64,000 bases of DNA from Octopus bimaculoides (GCF_001194135.2 NC_068990.1:10173185-10237184), one strand, 5' to 3'. Positions 25,968 to 39,675 are shown, counted from the first letter of the stretch. The notes: a model not told the origin generated them from the letters alone. Numbers and translations: made by a program.

Positions 25968-26630
25968 CAAGGGGGTACCCAAAAGAAGCTGGAAGTTCGC
26001 AATATCCTGTGCTTCACTTAGTTTTATATGTTTACACTTTTATCGCCTTCAAAGTATTCTCAATTTGAAGCATTGCATTTGTCAAGATGCGTTTTCCACT
26101 GTTGGAGTCAGTGCTGGAACTCTTGCGAAGTGATGCTTTTAACGCCTCCATCGTCGTTTTCTTCACCTCTTTAGCATCTTTAGAGTCAGCTTTTGTCAAC
26201 AGTGATGACCTTGGAGAACAATGCCGGATCACCTCCCAACTCATCTTTCAGCTCATGACACAGATTCAGTCGTTTCTACTTTTGATCTTCCGTGAGCAAG
26301 CAAGGCACAAATTTTGCTGCAACTCTTTTCATTGGAAATTCCTCGCTCAAGATTCATTGGCAGGAGCTCCAAGACACACCAGTCACATCCACAAATTCAT
26401 CAATTGTTCGGTGGCGGCTCTGTAAGATCAGTTCATGAATTTACGTGACTTTCTCATTCATTCTGGATGTCAACGGTCTTCCTGAATGATGTTTGTCTTC
26501 AAGTGACAAAGGACCGTTTATGAAGCGTGAAAAGCGGTCGTAAACTTGTGTTATCCTTATGGCAGCATCCTTGTGAACTCTTTGAAGCATGACAACTGTT
26601 TCAGCTGCCGTTTCCCCCAGCAATACCTGG
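25968..26630 (-). mobile_element. Internally deleted mariner (irritans-like) transposon
   Basis: Minus strand: LGETAAETVVMLQ...YDRFSRF.NG.LSLED...SGRP.TS...KRVAAKFVP.LLT.DQK...KVITVD.S, then a jump to VKKTTMEALK..ITSQEFQ...QQWKTHLDKC.ASN.EYFEGDK. TA plus TIR-like caagggggtacccaaaa at 25966-25985. Confidence 0.88.
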
Positions 26631-27729
26631 ATTTACCTGAGATTATACTAAAGGGACTATCCCTACACGGAATTACGGAATGACGTTCATAACATCTAGA
26701 ACAAGATGAGCTGTGAACTTTATTCTCTTGTCTTTATTCTTCTATCTACTGTTTTATTCTTTTTATACACGCTGAATTCTCTGCCTGGAACTTTCCAGCA
26801 TACACGCCTGTGTCTTATGACGGAATACACAGTGCATGGAGATGTTGACACATCACTTGGGATATCCCAGAAAGATCTGTAAGATATTAATTACTTCTAC
26901 TCTATTTTTGATTCACCTTATTCTAATTAAATATTCTAAATGACTTGAAAACCTCGTCCTGCCTTGGTTTTGTTGTCCATTTTCTTTTAATAAAATAATA
27001 TATATAAATATCTAACTTATGGTATATATATATACATATGTAACATATGGTATAATTATAAACAGTGCAAATTTTAGCTATTTCCTCGGCAGTCTAAATA
27101 AAGGATAAACAACCTTAATCGATTGTAGAACCTTACTGCGTTCCCATCAGAGGCGTCCACATCATACTAAAAGCCTCCAGACGATAAGTATCCAAACTGC
27201 TTATATTCTCAACAAATGCAGCACTTACTCTATGAAGGAATCCCTAATTTGCATACCGAAAGTGTTTAACACTTATAAATAACAGCGGCCTGTCAACGGG
27301 TGATCTTACTCCACACAGTATCAAAGTATGGTATAGTAAATATGTAACTTATGGTATAATTATAAACAGGGCAAGTTTTAGCCGTTTCTCCGCAGACTGA
27401 AGTACGATGAACAAACTTAATCGATTTTCGAATCCAGTTTCTTTGCCCATATATCTCCATGGGTGAATGTGCGAGTGTATGCATCCACCTTTTCTGATAG
27501 GTATTCTAGAGAAGGTCGAATTTTTTGAAACCTCAGGCACATACATTATTGGGCCAGAAGCAACCGTCATTAGATTTTCCAGATGGATATCCAACTGTGA
27601 CGTATCGATATAATGTATAAATCGATATTAAACAATCGTCACCTTTTTGGACTAGAGTAGGCCTTTGTGCTGTGATTCTTCTCTGTGACTTTGTAATCTA
27701 ATTTTCGTAGTAGAAGATCAGTGACCTCT

Positions 27730-28155
27730 TAACACGAATACCAGCTCGACCTGAGGAGACCTCCTGAACACCATATAAGCACCCTGTTGAGTAACTTTAA
27801 GCAAGATATCCTCTGGAGAAAATCCAATTCAGCCGCTTGCATGCGTGAACGTACCCGTTCAATCAATACTGGATGTTCATACTCATAATGGAGGCTAGAC
27901 ACAAAAGCCGAACTGAAGAAAGTGCATTTGGCTTTTTTCATCAACTTCTCCTCTAGTAAAGAACGAATGCTGGAACGCGCGCATTAATGTGACAGCAGCT
28001 ACAATTCTAGCAACCGTTTCAGTCACCTGTCTTTTATCACCCGTAAATACGAGCCTGATATACTGAGATGTTCTACTAACATGTAGTGTGCACTGGGAAG
28101 ACGTCCCGGAGACGAACAATGTTTCCGTCTTTTCAACATTAGCCCTCATCCCTAC
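27730..28155 (-). mobile_element. RTE-clade (Rex3/Expander-like) LINE RT C-terminal fragment
   Basis: GMRANVEKTE...QYIRLVFT...RI.AA..LMR...KAK...LHYEYE...ERVRSRMQAAELDFLQRI matches RTE motifs GMRISTSKSE, YLGVLFT, TYGHE and RSRIQAAEMxFLRR. Confidence 0.85.
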
Positions 28156-28504
28156 CTCTACGTGTGTATTTGTGAACGTACATATGTATGTGAATCTATC
28201 TATGTATGTGTAAGTGCATTTGTGTTTCTGCTTGTAAATATAATTAAAGCAAACATGTTAGTATAGTTAGTTGTATTTTTTCTATGCGGTTTTCTTCGTT
28301 CCAAGTCAAATATTTTACAAAAGAAAAGAAAGGAAATGTACATTTGTTTATGTCATTTAAAGAATAAATTTTTGAATCGTCATTCAACTTAAACGTGTTC
28401 ATCATTTTGCATATAACGAAATATTTATGAATAACGAATTGAAACATAATGAAGATTATAACAATTAATATTATGAAACACAAACCCAAACATCATTTGC
28501 TGCT

Positions 28505-28601
28505 CGATCAAGTCGGCGTAGGCGGAATTCGAACTCAGAACGTATAGACGGACAAAATGCCGCTAATCCTTTTGCCAGGTATGCTAAAGTTTCTTCCAGC
28601 T
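28505..28601 (-). mobile_element. tRNA-derived SINE family 2, 5' fragment
   Basis: Minus strand agctggaagaaactttagc...gtccgtctatacgttctgagttcgaattccgcc contains the B box. Confidence 0.7.
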
Positions 28602-30787
28602 AATATGATTTTCCAGATAATATGGTATTATCAACTAATAATCCCATAGCTATTTTTAAAATTGAAGCTTCATATTTCACACATATATTTCAGGCATTTT
28701 AAGTTCTTTTAATTTCCGTTTAGAAGAGTGAACGATACAGAAGCATGTGAGGCGTTTCACTAATTTTGCTGCTTCAGTCTTACAGCCTTAACAAATGCAA
28801 TTAAAAAGACAGATGGCACTTCATTCTTGTGAATATCAATCACGTCGTTTAGATATTATGCAACCAGAAAAACATCCGCAGTGAAATATTTCGATTCGCA
28901 CACGCATGTGGATGTAGTTTCCGAAGAACGTCTTCGAAAATGACACTCACGCACATGCGCGCGCACACACACACACACACACGCGCACACACATACAGAC
29001 ACACACATATATATATATATAAATGCAGACATACACGCATACAAATATGCATGCATATATACGGACATACAGACGCACACACACACAAGCACCCTTAAGA
29101 CTAACAGACATATATAGACGCCTATATATTTATATTTTGATGGTGAAATAAATTGGAGGGTGGGATTCAAGTCATCCACCATAGTTTTGATTGTGAGAAG
29201 ATATAATCATAACAAAATGAGCACAAATTTACGCTCATTTCCCAAAAAATCATTTCACTTACATACTACAGGGACTAATGTAGTAATAAGCTACATAATA
29301 GAAGTTTAGTGAAGTCTTAAGAATAATATGTAGAATGTCACATGAAAACCTTTCGTTTTAAGACACAATTTATCTTCAAATTTAAAATATGCAGAACATA
29401 TTCTAAAACGCACTGACTCATATATTTTTTGCTAATTGTTTTATCAAAGTATAGGGATCATCTTTAAGGAATTTGACAGCTTCTGTTTATAGGAAATCCA
29501 ATCGTCGCGGAATATAAGTGAGTGATTAGTAATTATACTAAATCACTGATTAGTAATTGCCTGAGCTAAATAGACAAGCTTGAAATAGTAAAACATTTGA
29601 AGATAAAAATATTTCTAATTTCTATAAAAATATCTATCTAATTTCTATCCATAGGTTTTAGAATGTATTGAATATTTTCGAGCGTATAACATGCAATAAA
29701 TTAACTGAAACATGTATTTTGCATTTCTGAGTGAACGGGAAACAGCGATATTTTTTTCGATATCACAAATCCTTCTAACTCATTTTCTGTAGGTCTGTCA
29801 CAGACACACATAAAACGCAGAACCGATTGCTGTTGTCTGTTAGGGCATTAATAGAAGGTTTGCAGGTAGTGTATGCACACCGCTAAAGATATAACTGATG
29901 GATGTCTTCCATTTTCCATTTACTTTCGTGTTCCTCACTCTCCCACATTAGCTAACGCAATACGTATTCAGTACAAAAATGATGAACCCACTACAACACT
30001 TTATGCGACACATATACGTAAACTCGGATAAAATTAATCTTTTGTTTCCACCACACGTCTATCTACAATCTTCAACTATTTTATATTTCTCTCACGAGGC
30101 ATTCGTCGATTCGATTGGATAAAGACAAATGGACAACATCCAGTGGAATAGTAAAACATTATGTCTTTCAGGCACAGGTCTAAAATATTTTCTTGTATTT
30201 AATGTGGTTAAAAACTTGTTGCTGCTATATATCATTTTATCTTAATTTTCTTTTACTTGAATGTAGAAATTATAATTATTATTCTATAATATAATGTAAT
30301 GGCAACAGTTTGGAATACTAGTGCTAAAAGAGGTTTCTTCTTCCCTCCACAGTATTGCGATAAATGTTGTGATCAATAACTTTGTATGATATTGCATACA
30401 CATTGTAATCAATATTCTTTTTTTCTGTTCTTTTTGGTGTAAATACTACTAACAGATCCCCATTAACAGCATGCAATTCTATTTAGTTTTCTGCTAAAAT
30501 TCGTCGCCAATAACAAAGAGGAGGTTCGACAAAATACTTGTTCGTGTTTTCTGAAAAGCATAACAGAGGAATGTCAAAGAGATATAGAATTCACAAAAGT
30601 TGAAATCTAGAAAATATTCTCGAGGCTAGAAGCATCATATTTAACATTACAATGATGAAATCATATTAGTATATACTTATATGCATACACAGTAACGTAC
30701 AAAAATACATACACCCAAACAGACGTATGTATATATATATATAGATGGACATATACATACATACACACACACACGCATACACACACG

Positions 30788-30853
<66 letters not shown>

Positions 30854-32049
30854 TTTATATGTGTATACGTCTGTATGTGTGTATGTGTATGTGTACCTAT
30901 ATATACACATATGTATAAATGTAAAAACTTGTATATATACATACACATACATATATGACTATGTATATTGGTGTATGTATGATAAATATTTGTTATACTG
31001 CCATAAAATAGATTAGCTGTTCGTTTTAAGTTAATTATCAAGGAAATTTGTTGGAATTGATTGATTTGAAAATGAGCAGGTCTGACGATTAAAATATAGA
31101 GCTGAAAGAATCCAATTAGAAAGGAGGTTAAATCTAAAATTAATAACACAAACAAAACACGTATATGAAAACAAGGATGGTAATTTTTTTCAGTTTGTTT
31201 ACAATATTTGACTTTTCGACTTTAGAACACTGTATTAATATCATTACAGAGCCCCATATATATTCCACTCAACAAAGAAACTCAGGGTTCATATGACCAA
31301 AAATAACCAATAAAAATCATCACAGTGTTAAACAATGTTAAGCTAGACATTATGGCTACATGTTAAAATGTTTACATTGTGAAGGTATAATGAAGAGAAG
31401 AGAAGAACATTTCAAATATAAAACTTCTGTGATCCTGGACATTCGATGTTATGTTGGTCTACTTTTTTTTTTTTTTGTGGGCGTTGTAGTTAAAAGGTTC
31501 AACAGAAAATCAAAGTCTATTTCAAAGCACAAAATACAATATATTAGAACTGTATGAATGCGCGTGTAATCTCGGCATTAAATCAAAGATCTCACAGAAA
31601 ATGCGATTAAACAATAAAGAAAAAATGTTTCACTCCACATACGCATTACAGAAAATGTATACACATATATAGTAGTATGTATGTATGTATGTATGTATGT
31701 ATGCATACATATANNNNNNNNNNNNNNNNNNNNNNNNNNNNNNNNNNNNNNNNNNNNNNNNNNNNNNNNNNNNNNNNNNNNNNNNNNNNNNNNNNNNNNN
31801 NNNNNNNNNNNNNNNNNNNNNNNNNNNNNNNNNNNNNNNNNNNNNNNNNNNNNNNNNNNNNNNNNNNNNNNNNNNNNNNNNNNNNNNNNNNNNNNNNNNN
31901 NNNNNNNNNNNNNNNNNNNNNNNNNNNNNNNNNNNNNNNNNNNNNNNNNNNNNNNNNNNNNNNNNNNNNNNNNNATATATATATATATATATATATATGT
32001 CTGTGTGTGTGCCTGCATGTGAACCTATATATACACACGGATAAATGTA

Positions 32050-32107
<58 letters not shown>

Positions 32108-32599
32108 AATGTTCATATATATATATATATACATGTGTGAATACATAAAAACACGCTCACGCACACGCACACACACTCACGTATACGCGCACACATACAA
32201 GCACAACAACATGGGCACACAAGCGTATACATCATACTATGTCATTTATGCGAAATATACTATTGTTACGGTTTGTTAGTAATTCTTCAAGAAAAATCTC
32301 AATGCACATTTTAACAACCGAAGAATATTTCTGGAGATATAATATTTGTTAATGCACTTTATTTATAATTTACCAGTTATTGCGGCGTCTCTCTATAATG
32401 ATCTGTACGTTTCCCAATAGAAAACAAATTCATTCAACGCTTGATGGTATGATAGTATGCACTTGAACATTACTTCGAGTTGTATCCCTAACGCTAGACA
32501 ACATTTCAATATATTATCGAAGAGAAATTTTAGAGGGAAAATGATAGATAATTTGAGAGAAATATGCATATATATTTATATAGATACACATACACGCAC

Positions 32600-32758
32600 A
32601 CACACATATATAAAAAGATCAAAATTTCTTCCCGAAACCTAGGCTCATAGCGATGGCTTACCCGACCATGTAGCGTTTACAAGCAACCCACCTTGGACAG
32701 AAAGCCGTCTTTGGATTACACATTNNNNNNNNNNTATATATATATATATATATATATA

Positions 32759-32789
<31 letters not shown>

Positions 32790-33075
32790 TTAATATATAT
32801 GTATGTATGTATATGTGTGTGAGTATATATGCATATATATTTATATAGATACACATACACGCACACACACATATATAAAAAGATCAAAATTTCTTCCCGA
32901 AACCTAGGCTCATAGCGATGGCTTACCCGACCATGTAGCGTTTACAAGCAACCCACCTTGGACAGAAAGCCGTCTTTGGATTACACATTGTTGCGATCTG
33001 ACTGGATTGAAGGAACGTGAAATAAAGTGTCTTGCTGAGCCACACAGTCGAGGAGTCGAAATCAGAAATTTACCA
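32600..33075 (-). mobile_element. SINE family-1-related remnant (partly duplicated across a 10-N gap)
   Basis: aacgtgaaataaagtgtcttgct at ~33015-33037 matches the family 1 body; gagtcgaa is a B-box remnant. Confidence 0.55.
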
Positions 33076-33504
33076 ACATTTTTGCATCAACTCAACCTCT
33101 CTATAAACATATCTTTGGTCAGACTAAAATTTGCATCCGATAGTGAGTCCTGTTTCCCGGATTTCGAGAAATCGGAATTGTGACGAATCACAGTGCACCT
33201 ACTAATGTTCCCAGATATGCTTCGACCGAGTGTAGTACCAATGGTCGTGGTCATGACTAAGAGTAGATTAACATGTCAAGAAATTATCCCTACAAGTTCA
33301 TTCATATAGCTTCAATAACTCCGGTTAACACCAGATCTCTAGCTGATCTTCTAAAAAATGGCATATATTACTAATCATGAACTCTGATGGCTACTGAGTT
33401 TGTGATACTTGTTTCTTCATTTTGAAGGACAGGACAGTGGAACTGCGCTGCACAGACCACGCCCAACATAATCCTCTCCGCCTTTCTTCTATAGGCACAA
33501 TGCC

Positions 33505-33665
33505 TGACAGTTTTGTGGGGTGAGGTTTAGTCAGCTAATACATAATTTATCGACTCCGAAAGAATGAGAGGTAAAGTTGACGTCGGCAGCAATTGAACTT
33601 AGAACGTAAAGACGGACTACATGGCATCAAACATTTTCACTGGCGTGCTAAAAATTCTATCAGCT
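33505..33665 (-). mobile_element. tRNA-derived SINE family 2
   Basis: ttatcgactccgaaagaatgagaggtaaagttgacgtcggc...gaacttagaacgtaaagacgga is homologous to 28505-28601. Confidence 0.7.
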
Positions 33666-33798
33666 TACTACATTAAAAAGGCACATTATAATAATTTGAC
33701 CATGCTGCGCCGTGCAAATTTTGTGTCTGCTCTTACAAAAGAAAGTTTCAGAGAGTAAACTCCTAGACAAAACGTTGTGGAAGAGAGACTCAACAACA

Positions 33799-33899
33799 GT
33801 GCTATTTAACAGATGGGTACGGTGCTATTTAACAGATGGGTACGGTGCTATTTAACAGATGGGTACGGTGCTATTTAACAGATGGGTACGGTGCTATTT
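33799..33899. repeat. Perfect 23-bp minisatellite, 4.4 copies (gtgctatttaacagatgggtacg)
   Basis: Units start at 33799, 33822, 33845, 33868 and 33891 (partial); no spacers. Confidence 0.97.
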
Positions 33900-34070
33900 T
33901 ACACAACAACCGACGCATGGATACTGCTAACTTGTTGACATCCCTTTCCTTCGTGTCACTGTTCATTTGTGTCTGGAATTAACTCAGACACAGCAGATAT
34001 GAGGTAATATGTTACTGTTTCTGCACTAATACTAAGACGTAAAAGCGAGACAAATACATACATATATTTG

Positions 34071-34112
<42 letters not shown>

Positions 34113-36625
34113 CTTATCTATCTATGTTACTGAGAAAACGGATCATGGATTACAAATATATATCAATAGAACACAGACAAACCATCATGCACGTAGTAAG
34201 TATTATAATTTCTTTGTTTCTCAGAATTAATCGATCTTATATAGTTTTTCTGTAAATCTACATCTCACCCATGAATAAACGCTCTCATTACATGGGGGAA
34301 ACGAACGCTTTGGATCCGTAGGCTATAGAAACGCGATATACGTGCTTAGTCTTCCCTCTGTATATGGAAGAGTACTTTGCCGTGAATTGTAAGATATTAG
34401 TGTGATCATGATAAATGATTATTACACAATGTTTAATTGTTGTATATTTATTTCAGCGAGTACGGGAGTTGAGGGATGATTGTCAGTGTGAGTTAATATT
34501 TATTACAAGGTTGTTGCTAAAAGAATAAGTATAATTAATTTTGTCTCTGGATTACAACAAAGAATGATTCCATATGGAATGCTTGAATTACAAAAGGGAA
34601 CATATTAACCGTTTGAGTCGTTCTTTATCAATCATTTGCTCATGCCTGTAAAATACATTTGTAAATTGCTAGATTAAATTTAGATTTTTTTCTTATATCC
34701 ACATGTAACATGATGGCATTTATACTTGACACTAGACACGCCGACAATTACAATAAAAATCATGCATATACGCACTAAAATTTACTCTTATTTATATACC
34801 GATATGTGTATATCTCAATTATTTATGAACACATATACCATATTTATGAATATGTACGTAGAGAGGTCGGTATGGATTATGCGTTCGACGTATTATATTT
34901 CCCATTATTAGTTTACTACAATATTAATTCAGAAAAACTTAACACCGAAAAGGTGAAGAGTCCCGCTGGCAATCAGAACGTGTTTCAAATTATTTCAAGA
35001 CAAATTAATATTTAAAAGCAATTTAATGCTTATTGTTACGAAAAATAATTTATTGACTATCGAAAGGAATTTTTGAACACATCGATATTTTCAGGACTGC
35101 ATATGAATGCAAATACAACTTAAAAGACTTATTGTTCACCAAGAAACCTTATTTCGCCTAAGCTCTGCAACTCCACTATATTCACAATAAATGTATTAAT
35201 GTCACATTTTATTCAAGACCAGATTCCTGCTGGATGCCATAAGGATAAGAATTATTATGTTTTTATAAAATTGTTACCTTTCCAGATATGTCTGAGACAT
35301 TATGTTAACACTGCTTTTTTTCATGGTGATAAAACAATCCCATAGAGCAAAAGGTGCAAACGCACCGGGTCAGTTTTACACGTTTTCTTGTACAGCAACA
35401 CTTTTTCTCCATGACAAAGTGCAGTGAACGGGCTTCCTACTAGATCGAATATGTCTCAAATATATTTGAACTGGTAAAGCACTGTTTAGAGACTCTAACA
35501 CGTCATTTACTATTTTAGTATGAAGCCTCAAAAAATCAGTGATGTGAGTTGACTTCAATAAAAATTTGATACGACATACATCAACGTATTAAAAGAAGAA
35601 AAAGCGATTATTAAAGAGTTAGGAGGATATCAATAATAGCATATAAAAGTCTTCCGATTTGAGGCTGTGTGTATACATGTATACGGAAACAGTGTTTAAA
35701 TCTAAATTCACAGGGCGCTCTCTTTCTTAAAAGCTGGCATATTTTTCCATTCGTGCATTATATCATTTTTTTTGCCAAGCTTTATTTACGGACGTTTCAC
35801 TTGTAAATTAAAATGTTGGTGATGTTAACTTTTTCTACTATTTTGCAGTTTTCCTAAAAATAATATATCGTGTAAGCATTAGGTTCGAAATAATCGTATA
35901 AAACCCTTAACTACGCCATACCCCTTAACTGGATATTTAATGCTAAAACTAAAATATTTACTTGTTAAGTGTGTGCGTGCGATCGCATTTGTGTATTTGC
36001 TCTGGTTGTCTGCTAGGTAAGTGATAAAATAAAGAAAACGTTTTTTAAAAGAATGCATCCTACATATTATTGATTGATACCGTTACTAATGAAAGATATA
36101 TTCCGCATGATAATAATTTCATTTTAAAATGTATGGATTCATAAAGTATACTATTTACGAGACAAATCCAAGCGGGAATGAGAAGTAGATCATAGTTTCT
36201 GGTAGGCAGAAATTTGTGCATGGTGAGTGGCGCCTGTCACTCACATAATTTCTTCGTTTAATCGAACTATTGAAAAGGCTGATCTATACATTTTCCTGCA
36301 AAGCACCACCGATCCGCATGTTAAAATTCTCTTTGCGCTAATTCTTTCGTATTTCGCTGATCAATCAAATTAGAGATTACTATGAAAGTAAATCTCTGAT
36401 CTATAGTAATTTTTATTTTCTCTAATACCTTCCGCTTGTATTGCTGTTATTCATTCAGAAGGGAAAACAGATGCTCCAAACTAAACGAAATTCAATCAGA
36501 TTTTTAGAGTTAAAGGATTTTCTTCTGTAGTGAAATACACTTGTTTTCTTTAGCTTAACCACACTTACCCACCCCACACGCGCACACATATATAAATGTA
36601 TATCTATACATATATGTCATTAGAC

Positions 36626-36942
36626 CTCGGCCATGCTGGAGCACCGACTTCAAGAATTTATAGTCCAATGTATCGACCTTAGTACATATTCTATCAGTCA
36701 ATTTTAGTGAACTGTTAAGTTAGGTGGACCTAAGCACACCTGTACTGATTATCAGACAGAATAGCACATATACATATATATATATACATATATACGACAA
36801 GCTTCTTTCAGTTTCCGCCTATCAAATCAACTTACAAGTCTTTGGTCGGCCCGATGCTTTAGTAGGAGATATTTGCCTAAGTTGCCACACACTAGGACTG
36901 GCTCCGAACTATGTGGTTGGAAAGCAAGCTCCTTACCACACA
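36626..36942 (-). mobile_element. tRNA-derived SINE family 3
   Basis: Reverse complement of 60113-60433 (ggccatgctggagcacc...ttctttcagtttcc...ctttggtcggccc...tgtggttgg.aagcaagc). Confidence 0.85.
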
Positions 36943-38225
36943 ATATGTATATGTATATGTATATGTGTGTGTGTGTTTATACATTTATAATTATACACAC
37001 ACATATACATATATAAAAACAGATCGATGTATAGGAAGTACAAGAAAAGAGCACAAACCACAATTTATTCGACTGACGAAGAACGTCCTCTTACATTTTA
37101 CTTATAGTACAACTGAAAGTACAGATCGCACGTTTAAAAACAGAAGTTAATATTATTCAAATCAGATACATATATAATTGAATTGTCGTTGTCAAAGGAG
37201 CCAATGCGTCTCTGTTATTCTCTTAAATATTTGTCTTTTCACGATAAGTTTTGTTGAAAAAGTGAGGAGAAATTTTAAAAAAATTTAACAAAAAATTCGT
37301 ATTTGTATACGAGTCCACAAAAAAATTCTTGCAGAAGATTTTTATTCGAATACAAGCTTTCAGATAAAGACGAGAAACTGACGAATGGGGAAAGTTGTAT
37401 TCTTCTTCATATATAATGCATCTCTGGATATATAAAAAAAATTACCGGAACAGGGTTCTTGTCGATTGATTCATATTTAAAAGAAAAGCATGGTCATGGT
37501 TTCAGAAACTATAAGGAATAATACTATGTTAAAATATAAAAACCATAAAACCAAACCAGGCAAAATGCGCATCAAATTTATTGAAGTTCGAACCGAATCA
37601 CTGATTTGTAATTACAGAAATCAGAAATAGCTTTGAACAGGCACACGAAGTGATTGTTTAAAATTCTATTTTGTATCACACCGAGATGCTAAATAACAAA
37701 TTATAAAAATCGGCATATATACATTCAGCCTATATTTTCTCATCATGTTGAGCCCCAGGCAAAAAAGAAAGTTATTTTGCGAAAGTAATGGTATGATATG
37801 AGTTCACGAAAAATACAGTAACTCGAAAATGTTCTTATTAACAAAACAAAGGTCATTATGAAACTGTGAGAAAGAAAATAAAACACCTTATTATGGCGTA
37901 TAGAGTTCAGATGAAAACTTACTTAGATATCTTAGTTTACGTTTCACCGTACGACACTGCATCTCTCTGTCTTTCTCTGTTCTCACCCCCTCTCTCTCTC
38001 TGTCCTCTCGCTCACTCTCTCTCTCCTCTCGCTCACTCTCTCTCTCTCTATATATATATATATAAATACATATATCGGGGAGAGAGAGAGAAAGAGAGAG
38101 AGAGAAAGAAAGGTGGATAGATAGATAGATAGATAGATATATAGATAGATAGATAGGTGGATGGGGTGAGAGAGGGAGAACATTTGAAGTGATATACAGA
38201 TATTGTATATTTAGAATGTTGGATG

Positions 38226-38262
<37 letters not shown>

Positions 38263-38816
38263 TATTTATATTTTTACCTCTTTATTCCGTTATCGGATTT
38301 ATTAGAAAGTGGTTTTAATGTTAGATTTCTTACCCTTTTTATATATTAAAAATGTTTGTGGAGTTTGTCAAGCAAGGGAGAAGAAAAAAGAGAAAAATTG
38401 GNNNNNNNNNNNNNNNNNNNNNNNNNNNNNNNNNNNNNNNNNNNNNNNNNNNNNNNNNNNNNCTCTCTCTCCTCTCGCTCACTCTCTCTCTCTCTATATA
38501 TATATATATAAATACATATATCGGGGAGAGAGAGAGAAAGAGAGAGAGAGAAAGAAAGGTGGATAGATAGATAGATAGATAGATATATAGATAGATAGAT
38601 AGGTGGATGGGGTGAGAGAGGGAGAACATTTGAAGTGATATACAGATATTGTATATTTAGAATGTTGGATGATTATATATATATATATATATATATAATG
38701 TGCGTGTATGCATGTCATTTAATAAACACAGAACAGTAAACTATTTGTATGTGTGTGTGTATATATATATATATTGTACTCTTCCAAGTTTATAAAATTA
38801 TATATATATATATATA

Positions 38817-39120
38817 ACGGATTCCTCCCGTCGAAGGCGACATATGAATGCTCAGATTTTTGCTGAATGACCTACACAAATGGCTTGTTTATAGTGATCA
38901 AATGCTGTTCTCGCTTCACATTATCTCACACCATCCGTCAAGTCAACGTTGTCTGAATAAATGTACTGTGTACCACGCCGCAGGCGCCAACGTGATCGTA
39001 GAGCAACGGAAATAATGTGTTTTGCTCAAGAACATAACGGACAACACAGTATGGGTATTGAAAGTACAATAGTGAGATCGTGAGTGCTACAACTATAACT
39101 ATTAGTTCATGCGCCCTCAC
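38817..39120 (-). mobile_element. tRNA-derived SINE family 1 variant
   Basis: Head and upstream body gagcaacggaaataatgtgttttgctcaagaacataac are shared with 7323-7663; the 3' body is different. Confidence 0.65.
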
Positions 39121-39264
39121 ACTTATATATATTTAAATCAATAGTATCAGACAAATTACCTTATAGAGTGCCATTCAAAGCCCCTATCCAGGTATCGGCT
39201 ACCACATATTAATATTATTATTATTAGTAGTAGTATTATTGTTATTATTATTATTAATAATATT

Positions 39265-39551
39265 CAGTTCACTGCCTGGAATCGAACTAAAACATGTTGG
39301 GGTTAGTAGCTCGCTCTCTCAACCGCTAGGCCATTTGGACAATTATGGAGTAGCCCGCGCGCTCTTAACCACTAAGCCATGGACAATTACGGAGTGAATT
39401 TTAGGGCTTATAAATCTAATATTTTCCTATCCTTCTTTAATACCGGTTCTCATATGCTATTCATATCTGCACTGTGTCCTAGCATATCTGCTGTTTCTTT
39501 TAGTTTTCGTATTTTCCAGTGGTATTCTCTGTCTAATATTTTAACTTCATG
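39265..39551 (-). mobile_element. Penelope-like GIY-YIG endonuclease C-terminus followed by a tRNA-like segment
   Basis: EVKILDREYHWKIRKLKETADMLGH...MNSI*EPVLKKDRKILDL* (stop at 39408-39410) resembles PLE EN ends (E..WxxRKxKE). Downstream are A-box/B-box-like motifs and (AAT)n. Confidence 0.7.
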
Positions 39552-39675
39552 ATAGAGAATTTCAGGCACCCTCACCCTGCTCAATTCAGAGCTGAATATT
39601 TTGGCCAAGATGTTGTGAACAAGGTGATAGGCGATGCGCCATCCCAAGAAGGAATCTTTGTGACAACCTCCACGT
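39550..39675 (+). mobile_element. Short Tx1/L1-like RT fragment
   Basis: IENFR..TLLNSELNILAKM/VNKVIGDA..IPRRNLCDNLH; homologous to 42080-42175. Confidence 0.75.

Noticed and set aside
26798-26880. LCLMTEY resembling a kinase hinge
   Set aside because: No other kinase subdomains were found in the window.
33799-33899. CRISPR-like array
   Set aside because: Contiguous identical units with no spacers, in a eukaryotic context.
33960-34010. tgtgtctg/cagacaca hairpin as a pre-miRNA
   Set aside because: Only an 8-bp stem; no match to conserved miRNA sequences that I recall.
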